Below are positions 10,122-20,723 of a DNA stretch of 64,000 nucleotides, in pieces (position 1 is the stretch's first letter; each line of letters starts with the position of its first letter). The notes below the pieces were generated by a model, which was not told where the DNA came from, searched no databases, and saw only the letters and a program-made list of their open reading frames with translations. The position numbers and the translations under genes are program-made. The DNA comes from Nitrosopumilaceae archaeon (lineage in GTDB: Archaea; Thermoproteota; Nitrososphaeria; Nitrososphaerales; Nitrosopumilaceae), in contig CBDATR010000010.1 of the NCBI GenBank assembly GCA_965200155.1, positions 256,001 to 320,000 of the forward strand. Direction: 5' to 3'.

Positions 10122-11815
10122 GTATGAGTTCACGTGTTTTGATCACATAATAAGATAGAATGCATCCCAGTTTTTTAATTATAACTGCATTCTGGCAGCA
10201 ACCTCGTTCATTACAGAAAGGCCCTGAGCCCTCCATGTCTGAACACATGATACAAATGTAGACATGCGGCGCATTGCCCTTTCGCCACCCTTTATCTGAC
10301 CACTGATCTTGCGGAATACCACTGCGTATCGCAAAGCCTGCTCCGCTGGATTGTTGGTGGGCTCCACACTGTCATATTCTAAGAATACGAACATGCATGG
10401 TATGGCCTTATTCAATCCTTTTACCTTCTTTTGTAGTTCAGTATCATCAACATCACAGTACTGATGCAGAATGGATTCTGCTCCTGTCTCAAATGAGTGT
10501 CGTAATTGCGCGGACGGCCCGCAGTGATTCAGGGATTCCCGTGCGCTCCGGAACAATCCTTTCAGGTCATTGTCAAGTTTGATCCGGGCGTCCTGAGCAC
10601 CGGGATCAATATAGAATCCTGCATGTAATGCCTGGGTATCGCGCAATAAATGCGCCCAACACAACTGGTGCTTCCCACCGTCATCAAACCGGCGGTACAC
10701 AACGTACCTGTCCGTTACTATCGCTCCCTGGTAACCGTTCAGGTATTTGTTCACTACATTTGAACTCCTACTTTTGTCATATATGGACATCATCCACTCT
10801 TCGGCTCGCATCCCCCATACCCAGCCACGCCTACCCGCCAGTGATATACCAGTTTCGTCCACATGAATGCTGGGTGATTTTATTATATTTTCATGAATTG
10901 TTTCCATAAATGATTCACATGCATCGGCGGCCCTGGCAATTATGTTGTTTACTGCACCCACAGATATATTCAGGCCGAAGAGATCCTTCGAAATTACAGG
11001 TATGCGTTTTATTGGAATCTTTTCCGCACGCAATGCAGTGATGGCACCGCATAATTGAACCCCAAAACTACCACTCTTTGGGACGCCCGCTGCTGGGGCC
11101 AGTTGTTTTTTGCCGCACTTGCATGCAGCCATTTCTATCATATGGTGGGCCTCCTCTATTCTGGCTGGTATTAATTCCGTTATGTGTCGTTGTTTCCAAC
11201 CAATTTTTGTCATTATATTGCCGCACTCACATAGTGGAGTATGCTCAAAGGTGTGATGCACTACTCTGCCGGGGTTGTGGTAACGGGAAACCCCCTTGTG
11301 TCCCTTTTGAGCGCCAGCCTTTTTGGCTGATTTCGTACTGGCTTCTGTCTGTTGCTTATTATCTCCCTGTTTTCGCTTCTGCTCCTCCTGTTTTCGCTTC
11401 TTGTACTGGAGGGATTGAAGGGATGGTGGCGAGTGAGCATTCTCATAATATTTAAGTCGCGTTGTGAGTACCGCAATTTTCCTGTCTTTTTCTACTAATT
11501 CCTCTTTTAATTCACTTACATAATTTCTAATAATTTGGAAATCTTGTATATGATTTCGTATTTCTTTTATGGTGTGTGACATATATGCTTCCAATACTCT
11601 CACACGTTCCTTGTAATGTGCAAGATCTTTCTTGTAATCCTCAATATCTTTCTTGATAGACGCAAGGGTATCCTGAAGAAGTTTATTTTCCAGTTCCAAT
11701 TCCTTATAGGACCGGCGTCTTCTCATTAGATTCTTATTGCAAATTTGGTATTTAAGTAAAATATTGCCATACCAATCTATATCTTAGTGAATGATCAAAA
11801 CACGTGAACTCATAC
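10122..11815 (-). mobile_element. IS66-family element, single ORF, intact
   Basis: 23-bp TIR GTATGAGTTCACGTGTTTTGATC; 8-bp TSD GTGGGTTC. Confidence 0.95.
10179..11726 (-). CDS. IS66 transposase TnpC (515 aa)
   Basis: Coiled coil, SPPS, GAQKGHKG, Zn ribbon, HVDETG, TDRY, QLCWAHLLR, PTNNPAEQALR motifs. Confidence 0.95.
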   Translation of the reverse strand: MRRRRSYKELELENKLLQDTLASIKKDIEDYKKDLAHYKERVRVLEAYMSHTIKEIRNHIQDFQIIRNYVSELKEELVEKDRKIAVLTTRLKYYENAHSPPSLQSLQYKKRKQEEQKRKQGDNKQQTEASTKSAKKAGAQKGHKGVSRYHNPGRVVHHTFEHTPLCECGNIMTKIGWKQRHITELIPARIEEAHHMIEMAACKCGKKQLAPAAGVPKSGSFGVQLCGAITALRAEKIPIKRIPVISKDLFGLNISVGAVNNIIARAADACESFMETIHENIIKSPSIHVDETGISLAGRRGWVWGMRAEEWMMSIYDKSRSSNVVNKYLNGYQGAIVTDRYVVYRRFDDGGKHQLCWAHLLRDTQALHAGFYIDPGAQDARIKLDNDLKGLFRSARESLNHCGPSAQLRHSFETGAESILHQYCDVDDTELQKKVKGLNKAIPCMFVFLEYDSVEPTNNPAEQALRYAVVFRKISGQIKGGERAMRRMSTFVSCVQTWRAQGLSVMNEVAARMQL

Positions 11816-11850
11816 GTGGGTTCAGGTGAATTTGTGCCAAAAAAAAAAAC

Positions 11851-11942
11851 GTATGAGTTCACCTGTGTCTAAATTTACGCATAACTGATCGCGACAGTTA
11901 ATGTGATTTGTGCATAAGATTCCAGAAGACGTGAACTCATAC
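11851..11942 (+). mobile_element. MITE-1
   Basis: TIRs; TSD AAAAAAAC. Confidence 0.95.
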
Positions 11943-11998
11943 AAAAAAACATCCATCATACGAGCATTTTTTAGTGGAACATGCGTTGTGCATTATAG

Positions 11999-12700
11999 TT
12001 GCTTCATACAGGTTTTAACTTGCAACAGAGAACTATGTTTTATGGCATAGTATGTACATTGGCGTGCACCGCTATTCTGGGTGAGGCTCATGCGCACACG
12101 CTGGACTCAATGGAGGGGTATCGTCTAGAGATAGGATGGATGAATAGTCCACCTTATTCCGGAGAGGTAAATGCCATAGTCTTACACATAAGCCCAATGA
12201 TGCCAGGGCTGGAACTGGAAGAGCAGCCATTTAGAGACGGCGTAGCAGGTCTACGAGACACCCTAAAGATGCAGCTGGTCTCTGCAACTTCCAGTCTCAC
12301 ATTGAGACTGGATCCTGACCCCGACATACCCGGCAAATATTATGTGTTTACCAAAATAAACAGGCCAGGCTTCTATCAAGCCAATCTTATAGGCACCATA
12401 AATGACGCCAACATTAACATCAGTATGCACCCGCCTCAAGTACGCAACGCCGAGCATATCACGTTTCCTCAGGAATATGGTATGATATACGATGTAGTTG
12501 CAACACAGGATATGCTACAGGAGAGATTGGACAACATTACACTTTCACACCAAGCGGAGTTTGAAGAGATTCGCCAAGAAATAGACATACAGGAACAACC
12601 TGTAGAACCAACGCTGCCATACGTAATTGCAGGTATTGGGGTAGTTATGGGAGCAGTGGCCATGGGCATGGCTGCCAAGACATACAGAAGGCTAGGATAG
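11999..12700 (+). CDS. Hypothetical exported, membrane-anchored protein (start may be ~12035)
   Basis: Signal peptide ending AHAH, EIGW..PP motif, C-terminal TM helix. Confidence 0.75.
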   Translation: MLHTGFNLQQRTMFYGIVCTLACTAILGEAHAHTLDSMEGYRLEIGWMNSPPYSGEVNAIVLHISPMMPGLELEEQPFRDGVAGLRDTLKMQLVSATSSLTLRLDPDPDIPGKYYVFTKINRPGFYQANLIGTINDANINISMHPPQVRNAEHITFPQEYGMIYDVVATQDMLQERLDNITLSHQAEFEEIRQEIDIQEQPVEPTLPYVIAGIGVVMGAVAMGMAAKTYRRLG

Positions 12701-12789
12701 ATCTAGCATCATCATAAGAGTGAGCGCGCGACCAAATGTAATACCGGCAGTGCCATACAGAAGGCTAGGATAGATCTAGCACCATCATA
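12681..12789. repeat. 36-bp direct duplication flanking a 37-bp foreign insert
   Basis: CATACAGAAGGCTAGGATAGATCTAGCA(T/C)CATCATA at 12681-12716 and 12754-12789. Confidence 0.92.
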
Positions 12790-13664
12790 TCTCTAGCCGC
12801 GCTGACCGATCCGTGTATGCGGCGGGCTTCCTCCAGTTGTACCGATTCATCTACATACCTGGCAGAGAAGTGTGTCAGTACTAGATTGACAACGCATGCA
12901 TTCTTGGCCAGAGTTGCAGCTTCATGTGCCGTAGTGTGTCGCGTTTCTTCAGCGCGCCTGGCCATATTTTGAGCAAAAGTTGAGTCAAATATCAAGTAGT
13001 TACAACATGTGAAAAAGTTCTCTAGCTGTTTGGTAGGTCTTGTGTCTCCCGAATATCCAATTTTAATACCCGGTCTGCGCTTTCCCAATACCTGAGCAGG
13101 AGTAATAGTGCGTCCGGATACATCCACACTTTTTCCTCGTTGGAGTTGTGACCATAACCGTCCTTTAGGCACACCCAAGGCTTTTGCCTGATCTGGATAG
13201 AACTGTCCGGGCTTCTCCTTCTCCTCAAGTACATACGAGTATGCAATTATGCCATGATCCGCACTACAGGCCCTTACCGTATACTGATCAGTCTGGCAAA
13301 CAACGCCGTCAGCAATATCACACACACTAAGATCAAAGGACGGCCTAAAGTCCAGCATCTCCATATTGAGCTCAATGAACCTCTTGGTTCCCCGGGGACC
13401 GTAAATTGAGAGCGGCCTCTGGCGCTTCTGCAACGACATTGTTTGAAGCAGGCCCAGAGCCCCGAGACAGTGATCACCATGCAAGTGTGTTATGTATATG
13501 CTCATCTTCTTGTTCCAACCCAGACCTGCCTTGCCATATGCCATCTGCGCTCCCTCACCGGCATCAAACATCAGTATCTCGCCTCCTCTATTCACGCATA
13601 TGCACGGATTATTCCTCTTTTTTGTAGGAAGTGATGCGGAAGTGCCCAAAAATATTATCTGCAT
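12765..13664 (-). CDS. rnz: Ribonuclease Z
   Basis: FLGTS, FDAGEG, THLHGDH, SGDTRP, THFSARY motifs. Confidence 0.96.
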   Translation of the reverse strand: MQIIFLGTSASLPTKKRNNPCICVNRGGEILMFDAGEGAQMAYGKAGLGWNKKMSIYITHLHGDHCLGALGLLQTMSLQKRQRPLSIYGPRGTKRFIELNMEMLDFRPSFDLSVCDIADGVVCQTDQYTVRACSADHGIIAYSYVLEEKEKPGQFYPDQAKALGVPKGRLWSQLQRGKSVDVSGRTITPAQVLGKRRPGIKIGYSGDTRPTKQLENFFTCCNYLIFDSTFAQNMARRAEETRHTTAHEAATLAKNACVVNLVLTHFSARYVDESVQLEEARRIHGSVSAARDMMVLDLS

Positions 13665-13872
13665 TTAGACACACTATTCACGCGCGCCTTTAAACTCACC
13701 GTCACTAGGCTGGAAAAGCATCATGAATACATGTAGAGTCATCCACATCTATTCACGTAAAGACAGAACTGTTGCCGCTTCATGGCAGAATTAATGATTG
13801 TGCATAAATTTGAATATAGGCGAACTCATGCTAAATAACCCCCGTAATTTATCGTACGCGAATGCCCCAGAT

Positions 13873-14114
13873 GTAACCGTTTAGGTCAAGTTAAGTATGA
13901 GTTCACGTCTTCCGGAATCTTATGCACAAATCACATTAACTGTCGCGATCAGTTATGCGTAAATTTAGACACAGGTGAACTCATACCAAGTTAAAGATCA
14001 ACACCTAGACGGTAAATTAGTGGGCATGTGGGAGGCGCCATAATAGAAAAAGCAAGAACATACATGTTCGCCGTGTATTTTGGACAGTTGTCCGGAGGTG
14101 ACCTAAACGGTTAC
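13873..14114. mobile_element. MITE-2 with nested MITE-1
   Basis: GTAACCGTTTAGGTCA...TGACCTAAACGGTTAC; flanks GCCCCAGAT/GCTCCAGAT. Confidence 0.9.
13895..13986 (-). mobile_element. MITE-1
   Basis: TIRs; TSD CAAGTTAA. Confidence 0.96.
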
Positions 14115-14143
14115 GCTCCAGATTACCGGTACAGAATATCGTA

Positions 14144-14980
14144 CTATTTTCTTGGCATGGTAAAAGATACACCCAGTACGCGCCGACGTACCAATCCGGT
14201 TACAGCCCACACAATGTCAAGTATACCGTGGACGGAATTTCCCAGCATTCTTACCAGTATGCCGGAATTATCATGCATAATACTGGAGCCCCACGCAATG
14301 TCATTGGACACCAAGTCGCGTGTGTCCAAGTACAGGGGGGACACGTGTGTCATGGGGGTCAGTATGTACACAGACCCGACAACGCAATACTCGCCCATCA
14401 TCCCGTAAGTGTTGGCATCGCGTTTCTTGGGTTCTAATAGGGCCACATCCCTGAATCGATGGTGCCCGTTCTGGCTTGTTGCAGTTGTTTGAAGCATACA
14501 CTTCTCGTACAGGAAAGACTCGTTCATGGCAAGACGGCCTGATGACAGGATCTCCGCATACACCAAGGTGGCGGTGTCATGTACCTTTAGATCGGTCTTT
14601 TGTACATATCTAGAATGTTCGTAGGGGATTATTTGATCCGGAATAAACTCCAAGTATGAATTACTATCTAGTTCAACCTGTGCGGATTGACATGCATCCC
14701 TGTCAGGGGATCCGTATATTCGGGTGGCTCCCTGGGTAGTGAGATGGACCATTGTACCTCTGCCTAATTTGACATTAATGCTATGAGAGTCCCCGCCCAG
14801 TATACCCCCGGAGCTGCTCATCATGTACACAAATGCCATATCAGGCACCGCCTCCTCGTAGTACAGTGCCCGCTGTACATGAAAGGGGGCGCGGGCATAT
14901 TGCCGTGTTATTGTTGTTCTGGTATTGGTTTTGTCAAAGGCCAAGCACATACGGCCCCTGAGTCCAGTAGTATCTGCCAT
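14144..14980 (-). CDS. ureD: Urease accessory protein UreD
   Basis: PFHVQRALY, SSGGILGGD, LTTQGATRIY, LEFIPDQIIP, GRLAMNE motifs. Confidence 0.93.
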   Translation of the reverse strand: MADTTGLRGRMCLAFDKTNTRTTITRQYARAPFHVQRALYYEEAVPDMAFVYMMSSSGGILGGDSHSINVKLGRGTMVHLTTQGATRIYGSPDRDACQSAQVELDSNSYLEFIPDQIIPYEHSRYVQKTDLKVHDTATLVYAEILSSGRLAMNESFLYEKCMLQTTATSQNGHHRFRDVALLEPKKRDANTYGMMGEYCVVGSVYILTPMTHVSPLYLDTRDLVSNDIAWGSSIMHDNSGILVRMLGNSVHGILDIVWAVTGLVRRRVLGVSFTMPRK

Positions 14981-15052
14981 TTCCCATACTTCCTGTTCAC
15001 TTTATTAAACTTCTATAACGGCTACTACAAGTCTCTGCATATACATTTGTTA

Positions 15053-16583
15053 TAGCGGTCACCATAAGTCTTTGAGAACATGGCACCTCGTTCCTGGATG
15101 GTACATGGCTTTGGCTTGTCACCATTATTCCCGCCCTGACGCCTCCGGTTGGGCGGGTAGCGGTTCCCTGCCCCCCGGACGACACGCTCTGCCGCCCCAT
15201 ACAGAGAAACCGGTTACTAAACGCCGCGTTGATATCGGCGTGAAATTCCTGGTTACATATTGAATGTGTCCCTAGTTGATCGTGATTTGTCGTCAACGTG
15301 TCCACACACGTCATAGGTCTGGCTCGTTGGGCGGGTAAACCGCTCCCTCGTGTATTTCGCTGGCACAGCCACCAATTCAATCCCCAGCGCCTCGCACTTT
15401 TGCTCCACTCTCCGGCGGAACACGCCTACCCGGTTCTCGCGCATGGAGCGGTTCATCATTCTTTTGTGGTTCCCACCATGACTGGTCATTGATTTCGGTG
15501 ATAAATCCTCTAGTACCACCTTGTCCACACCTGATGTCACAGCATTTATCCATGCGAATATTATCCAAATATTGCCTGACCGCTAGTACTACCTTGTCCA
15601 CACCTGATGTCACAGCATTGACTATTCTATTCATGGTGTCATTCGTGATATTATTCGCCTGCTGCCTCAACTGGTTGATTTTCTTTTCGATCTTTCGCTT
15701 TCTGCGCTTACCCTTTCTGGATTTAATACTCTGTAGGTAACGGATCTCCCGCAATATGGAACGATGCCTCATGTCGTGAATCATTGTTCCACCATTCGTG
15801 TCGGCTGTTACAACCAGGTGTTTCCTGCCGACATCCACGCCACGAATGACACCGGTTGTCACATGCCTTTCGGGAACGATTCCAACATTGATATGAATCT
15901 CGAATTTGCGTTCTCCTGGAAGTCCTCTTGTCTGTTCTCTCGACTAGTTTGAATGAGCGCATGTTCCAGGAATGAACGATTGGCTTTGTCGTTCTCGCGA
16001 CACCAAAACCCGACAAGTATAGTTTGCGAGAACCGCGCCTTATCGGCGGACTCACACATGAAAGTATGATTCTTTTATTGTCACGCCGGTGTGGTATGTA
16101 ATCAGAATGATCCTCGTACGCGCGCCTACACGCGATAGGCGCCTGTAATATGGCGCCCCGGCCATAGTTAACTGGTAACTTGTGCACCAATTCAATATCA
16201 CGACGCCACTTTGTTAATTCCAAGAATAGACCATTTGTATAACCGTTCTAGAACGTGGTAGCTGATTCATGTAGAGTGGATCGCCCTTCTTAAGATTGTA
16301 TGGTGACTTGGCGGACTCGTTCCTATTCTTGACCTTGGCCGGATCATGCTTCAATTCTAGAGTGGTTCCGGGCATATCATAACCGCCAAGACTGATCTCG
16401 TATACGGCTCTCTATTATAGACACAATCGGATGTATGACCAAATATCTTGGTACGCCGGGAGGATTCCCTATCCGTTTTCAACGGTATTCCGGGTTATGT
16501 CATCCATTATCTGGTGATTCTACTCTAGTAGTGGTTCTATAAAGTACGGTTCTATACCCGGCAGAGACTTATGATGGGCGTTA
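15053..16583 (-). mobile_element. tnpB: TIR-bounded element carrying a frameshifted TnpB gene (subfamily A, copy 1)
   Basis: RuvC motifs GVDVG, VLEDL, HADINAA across frames; ends TAGCGGTCACCATAAGTCTTTG / CAGAGACTTATGATGGGCGTTA; TA on both flanks. Confidence 0.88.
15510..15619. repeat. 37-bp direct duplication flanking a 36-bp foreign insert, inside tnpB
   Basis: CTAGTAC(C/T)ACCTTGTCCACACCTGATGTCACAGCATT at 15510-15546 and 15583-15619; absent from the paralog near 27514. Confidence 0.92.
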
Positions 16584-16732
16584 TACGCACAACCCCCGTC
16601 TTGTATACCACAAACTTATGAAGCACTCCATAAAAGTAACATCTTATCAACAAGTTTCCGTTTTTCTTGCGACTAAACAAATCCTGTAGAAATGTAGTGT
16701 GTTCATATAAAACAAAAACTTTAGTGAACTGG

Positions 16733-18034
16733 CTACGGAAGTATGTTAGAAAGCCCTTCTGCCAAACGGGAATCATCAATCAGACCATCTTTGAGCAGTT
16801 CGTTCAGCTGGATTGTTTGATATATCACCTGTAGGTATGTAGCTTGATCAATTGAGGCGTTATCGTACATGTCACTTAGGTTAGAAAGATGCGCATCAAT
16901 TATTTCGGAGTATGAATCACTTGCCCAAACGGTAGTGGGACCAGTGTACACCTGCTCACCATTATACGTTATCCGTGCCAGACCATCAAGGCCAATGTTA
17001 CTTACAAGATCAGCTATGGGCACATATTGTAATTGTGAACTGTATTGCTGACCATCGGTGATCATCCATGCGATCAAGTCTACCATAGCCTGTGCATGCT
17101 CTAGACTATCCGCGGACTCATTGAGTTCCGGATGGATGATAAGATACGAGAAGCTCGTTATTGGATATGAGTCAAAGCCAGGTGCTGCAAGCAAGTCCAC
17201 ATCTCTCCAGCTCGCCTCTGCAGAGGGCAACCAGAATGCTGCCGTGGCAGATGCTGCGCTGGCAGTCTCAATACTTGGGGATACATAGTTTGTCTTGTCG
17301 GCATTCTGTATGTCTGCGGTAGTCATGTCATTCTGGAAGGCATATGCCAATGTGACATACCCTACAGAGTACTCCGTTGTCCTGATGGTTCCTGCTACCC
17401 CCTCGTTGCCGGGTGAGCCTACTCCGGCGGGCCACTGAACGCTCTTTGCCGCACCAACCCGCTCATCCCATTCAGGACAAGTCTTTGTAAGGTAACTGGT
17501 GAGTGCATATGTAGTTCCGGAACCGTCGGATCTGCGAACTATGACAATACCCTCGTCCGGTAATTCTACATCGGGGTTCGCTTCCGCGATCAACGGATCA
17601 TTCCATGATTTCACGGTGCCTAGATACATTCCGCAAAGAGCCTCTTCGCTGATGTTCAGGCCACTCTGTAATCCCGGTATATTGTATACGATGGATACAG
17701 ATCCTATCATTGCAGGTATTGTAATGGTTCCCGGGGCTGCTGCATACTCGGGATCAATTAGTGGCGCATCGGTAGCGGCGAAGTTACCCAATTTACTAAT
17801 GTGGTTTTTTACACCGCCACCACTTCCTATGGATTGATAATCAAATCTTACGTCAGGATTTACTTCCTGGTATTGGACTCTCCACAAATCCAGTAGAGGA
17901 AATGCAAACGTTGCTCCTGATGCCTGTATCAGGACTTGTGCGTATGCTGACTGCGGCCCAATTGTATCATACAAGGCTGGAGCCATGGAGCTCAGCATGA
18001 CTAGTGCTACTGCAAGCACGATTACTTTCTTCAT
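16733..18034 (-). CDS. pstS: Phosphate ABC transporter substrate-binding protein
   Basis: SGATFAFPL, YQSIGSGGG, RRSDGSGTT, GNEGVAG motifs. Confidence 0.95.
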   Translation of the reverse strand: MKKVIVLAVALVMLSSMAPALYDTIGPQSAYAQVLIQASGATFAFPLLDLWRVQYQEVNPDVRFDYQSIGSGGGVKNHISKLGNFAATDAPLIDPEYAAAPGTITIPAMIGSVSIVYNIPGLQSGLNISEEALCGMYLGTVKSWNDPLIAEANPDVELPDEGIVIVRRSDGSGTTYALTSYLTKTCPEWDERVGAAKSVQWPAGVGSPGNEGVAGTIRTTEYSVGYVTLAYAFQNDMTTADIQNADKTNYVSPSIETASAASATAAFWLPSAEASWRDVDLLAAPGFDSYPITSFSYLIIHPELNESADSLEHAQAMVDLIAWMITDGQQYSSQLQYVPIADLVSNIGLDGLARITYNGEQVYTGPTTVWASDSYSEIIDAHLSNLSDMYDNASIDQATYLQVIYQTIQLNELLKDGLIDDSRLAEGLSNILP

Positions 18035-18133
18035 TGTGAAAGATATTGACGTATCATATAATGGTGATACGGCATTACATTACTGACATACATAGCACCC
18101 ATACCCAGTATATGCACACTTTATTCTATATAG

Positions 18134-18730
18134 TCAGAATGTGTTTGTACGCAAGGAATGCGCCGGTGCTGCCGTAGAAGGAAACTTGGACTTGGTAGAT
18201 TCCATGGCCACGGCTGCGGCTTCCTCCATGATCTTTTCCGCACCCACTGCATCTTCCGTGCCAAAGCTCATATCGGACATGCCATACATGGAACCACTTA
18301 GGTCCTGTGCCATTTGACTGAGTTCTTGACCTGCATTTGGGATAAATTTGCTCAACATTGCACCCACGCCACGCATTGTTTGGGCCACAGGCGCAATAAC
18401 GGATGCTACATCACCAAGATTATCACACATGGTCATACGCATCTCCAGCCGTTCCAATTGCAGGCGTGCCGCATACAATGTTCTCTTAACCTTCCTTAAC
18501 TCTGCCAATTCACCGGCCAATACCCTGGCGCGCCTTCGATCCTTGGCACCTGCAATGGTAAAAAGGAGACTCTTGTCACGCGCCTCTACCTTGGATATAA
18601 TAGGAGCCAGTCGCCGCTTTTGATTCTGTGCAATTCCAATACAAGACTGGATTTGTGGTTTTAGAGGACCATCATATTCCGTATCATTGGTAGAATCTGG
18701 TTGCGTCCACTTATCCTGTAATTCGGCCAT
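18134..18730 (-). CDS. ESCRT-III/CdvB-like (Snf7) protein
   Basis: Helical protein with PLKPQI, ARVLAGELAELRK, LGDVASVIAP, KIMEEAAAVA, KFP motifs; start placed at MAELQDKW. Confidence 0.8.
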   Translation of the reverse strand: MAELQDKWTQPDSTNDTEYDGPLKPQIQSCIGIAQNQKRRLAPIISKVEARDKSLLFTIAGAKDRRRARVLAGELAELRKVKRTLYAARLQLERLEMRMTMCDNLGDVASVIAPVAQTMRGVGAMLSKFIPNAGQELSQMAQDLSGSMYGMSDMSFGTEDAVGAEKIMEEAAAVAMESTKSKFPSTAAPAHSLRTNTF

Positions 18731-18819
18731 GCCACCTATGTCAATATTAGAATTTAACCTTAGGGTCTGGCATTGCCATTTAGGTCGCACTAGGAGTCAC
18801 GCGTTCCCCCATCATAATG

Positions 18820-19061
18820 GTAACCGTTTAGGTCGCGTAAAAATTAGGTATGAGTTCACGTCTTCCGGAATCTCATGCACAAATCACATTAACTGTCGCG
18901 ATCAGTTATGCGTAAATTTAGACACAGGTGAACTCATACAAAATCAGACATCTAGAGGATAAATCAGTGGGCATGCGTGAGACATCATGATAGAAAAAGC
19001 AAGAATGGGTATGTTCGCGGTGTATTTTGAGCGGTTGTCTAGGAGTGACCTAAATGGTTAC
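18820..19061. mobile_element. MITE-2 with nested MITE-1
   Basis: GTAACCGTTTAGGTC...GACCTAAATGGTTAC; TSD TCATAATG. Confidence 0.9.
18848..18939 (-). mobile_element. MITE-1
   Basis: TIRs; TSD AAAATTAG/AAAATCAG. Confidence 0.94.
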
Positions 19062-19317
19062 TCATAATGCTGGCTGCAAAGTCAGGAACCGAAGCTGTGC
19101 CCAGCCACTATAGGATATTTGTACTGCCGGGCGACATGGCACGTGTTAAGATTGAAAGTTATTCCGGAATGGCAAATTAGGCGCAGCACAGGCCTGCGGC
19201 CGAACCTGGCACATGCAATGGCAGGCACGTATCTCAAATGTGTTTAAAACTGCAATAAACGGTCACCAGTGGACCGGTCACAATTTCATCCATCTGTATC
19301 ACACTACTGCCATCCTC

Positions 19318-20709
19318 TCAGGTAGCAGCTGCCATACCAAACTCATCATGCAGTGCCTGCACAACCACCCGGACATCTGAGTCCCTAACCACGAATGCCA
19401 AATTCATCTCCGAGGAACCCTGTGTTATCATTATTACATTCACGTTTTTGTCACTAACGGCCGTAAAGGCCCTAGACGCCGCACCCACAGTACCCCGCAG
19501 CCCCATCCCAATCAGGGCCACGATTGCTACATTGGCGGTAACATCAAGCTGTTTTATTATGCGACCCAAGTGTTCTATCTCCAGCGCATGCACCGCCCGA
19601 TGCAGATCCTTATTTTTTAGAACAATGGTAATGCTGGACTCAGAGGGATTCTGGGATATCATCATTACGCTTATCTCCGGGCCTGCCAGTGTATCGAATA
19701 TTCTTGCCGCTGTACCTGGCGAGCCCACCATACCAAATCCCCGTATATCGATAAGACCATTACCCCGCAGGGCACTGACACATTTAGTAGTATTAGAATG
19801 AGAAGGGGCCACCAAGGTGCCCCGGTGCACAGTGTTCGTGGCGCTACGAATTCGCAGCGGTATCTCATTGTCCATGACTGGATCAAATGTGCGTGGGTGT
19901 ATCTGTTTTGCGCCGAACATGGTCATTTCTATGGCTTCCGCATAGGATATCTCATCCAGTACCCGGGCATTCTCCACCAGGGAGGGGTCCGCGGTCATCA
20001 TGCCATCCATGTTTCCCATCAGCCATATCTGATCTGCATCCATACAGGAGCCTATTATTGTGGCAGTATAGTCTGATCCTCCACGTCCAAAAGTGGTAAT
20101 CTTGTTGTGTTGGTCGGCACCTGTATAACCGCCCAGTACAGGGATTATGTCCTCATCCAGCATACCGCCTATTGTCTTGGATACGCGCAGCCGGGTAGTA
20201 TCCATAAGGGGCTGAGCTTTCCCGAATTGGGAGTCTGTCATTATACCCGCATCCTTGCCACTCAGTGGCATGGCTCGTGCACCCCGGGCCTCCAAGGCAG
20301 CGGAGACCAGCAATATGGAGAGTCGCTCCCCAAAGGAGAGCAGGTAATCCAGTGAATGAGGAGTCTCCTCGCCCAATAGTAACAGGCCGTCAACCAACGC
20401 GCGTAATTCCGTCAGGGGAGTGTTCAGGTTTGCCAGCAGCTGATCTCGCGCCGATTGTTCGCCAGCCAATTTCAGGGCAATCTCATTATGGTACTCAGTG
20501 ATATCATGGATTAGTCTGGCAGTTCCCTGACGGTTGCCAGTACGTATGAGTTCAGAGATTTCCATAAGGGCATCGGTGGTGTCACCCGCGGCAGAGCAGA
20601 CCAGTATTATCTGATGGCGCCCGGACAAACCCACAATATACTCTGCAATCTTTTGTATTTGTAGGGCGGAAGATAGGGTACTTCCACCGTATTTGACAAC
20701 CAGTCTCAA
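19318..20709 (-). CDS. lysC: Aspartate kinase
   Basis: VVKYGGS, SFGERLS, TFGRGGSDYTA motifs and two ACT domains; TTG start inferred. Confidence 0.95.
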   Translation of the reverse strand: MRLVVKYGGSTLSSALQIQKIAEYIVGLSGRHQIILVCSAAGDTTDALMEISELIRTGNRQGTARLIHDITEYHNEIALKLAGEQSARDQLLANLNTPLTELRALVDGLLLLGEETPHSLDYLLSFGERLSILLVSAALEARGARAMPLSGKDAGIMTDSQFGKAQPLMDTTRLRVSKTIGGMLDEDIIPVLGGYTGADQHNKITTFGRGGSDYTATIIGSCMDADQIWLMGNMDGMMTADPSLVENARVLDEISYAEAIEMTMFGAKQIHPRTFDPVMDNEIPLRIRSATNTVHRGTLVAPSHSNTTKCVSALRGNGLIDIRGFGMVGSPGTAARIFDTLAGPEISVMMISQNPSESSITIVLKNKDLHRAVHALEIEHLGRIIKQLDVTANVAIVALIGMGLRGTVGAASRAFTAVSDKNVNVIMITQGSSEMNLAFVVRDSDVRVVVQALHDEFGMAAAT

Positions 20710-20723
20710 GAAAAGACCATCCG

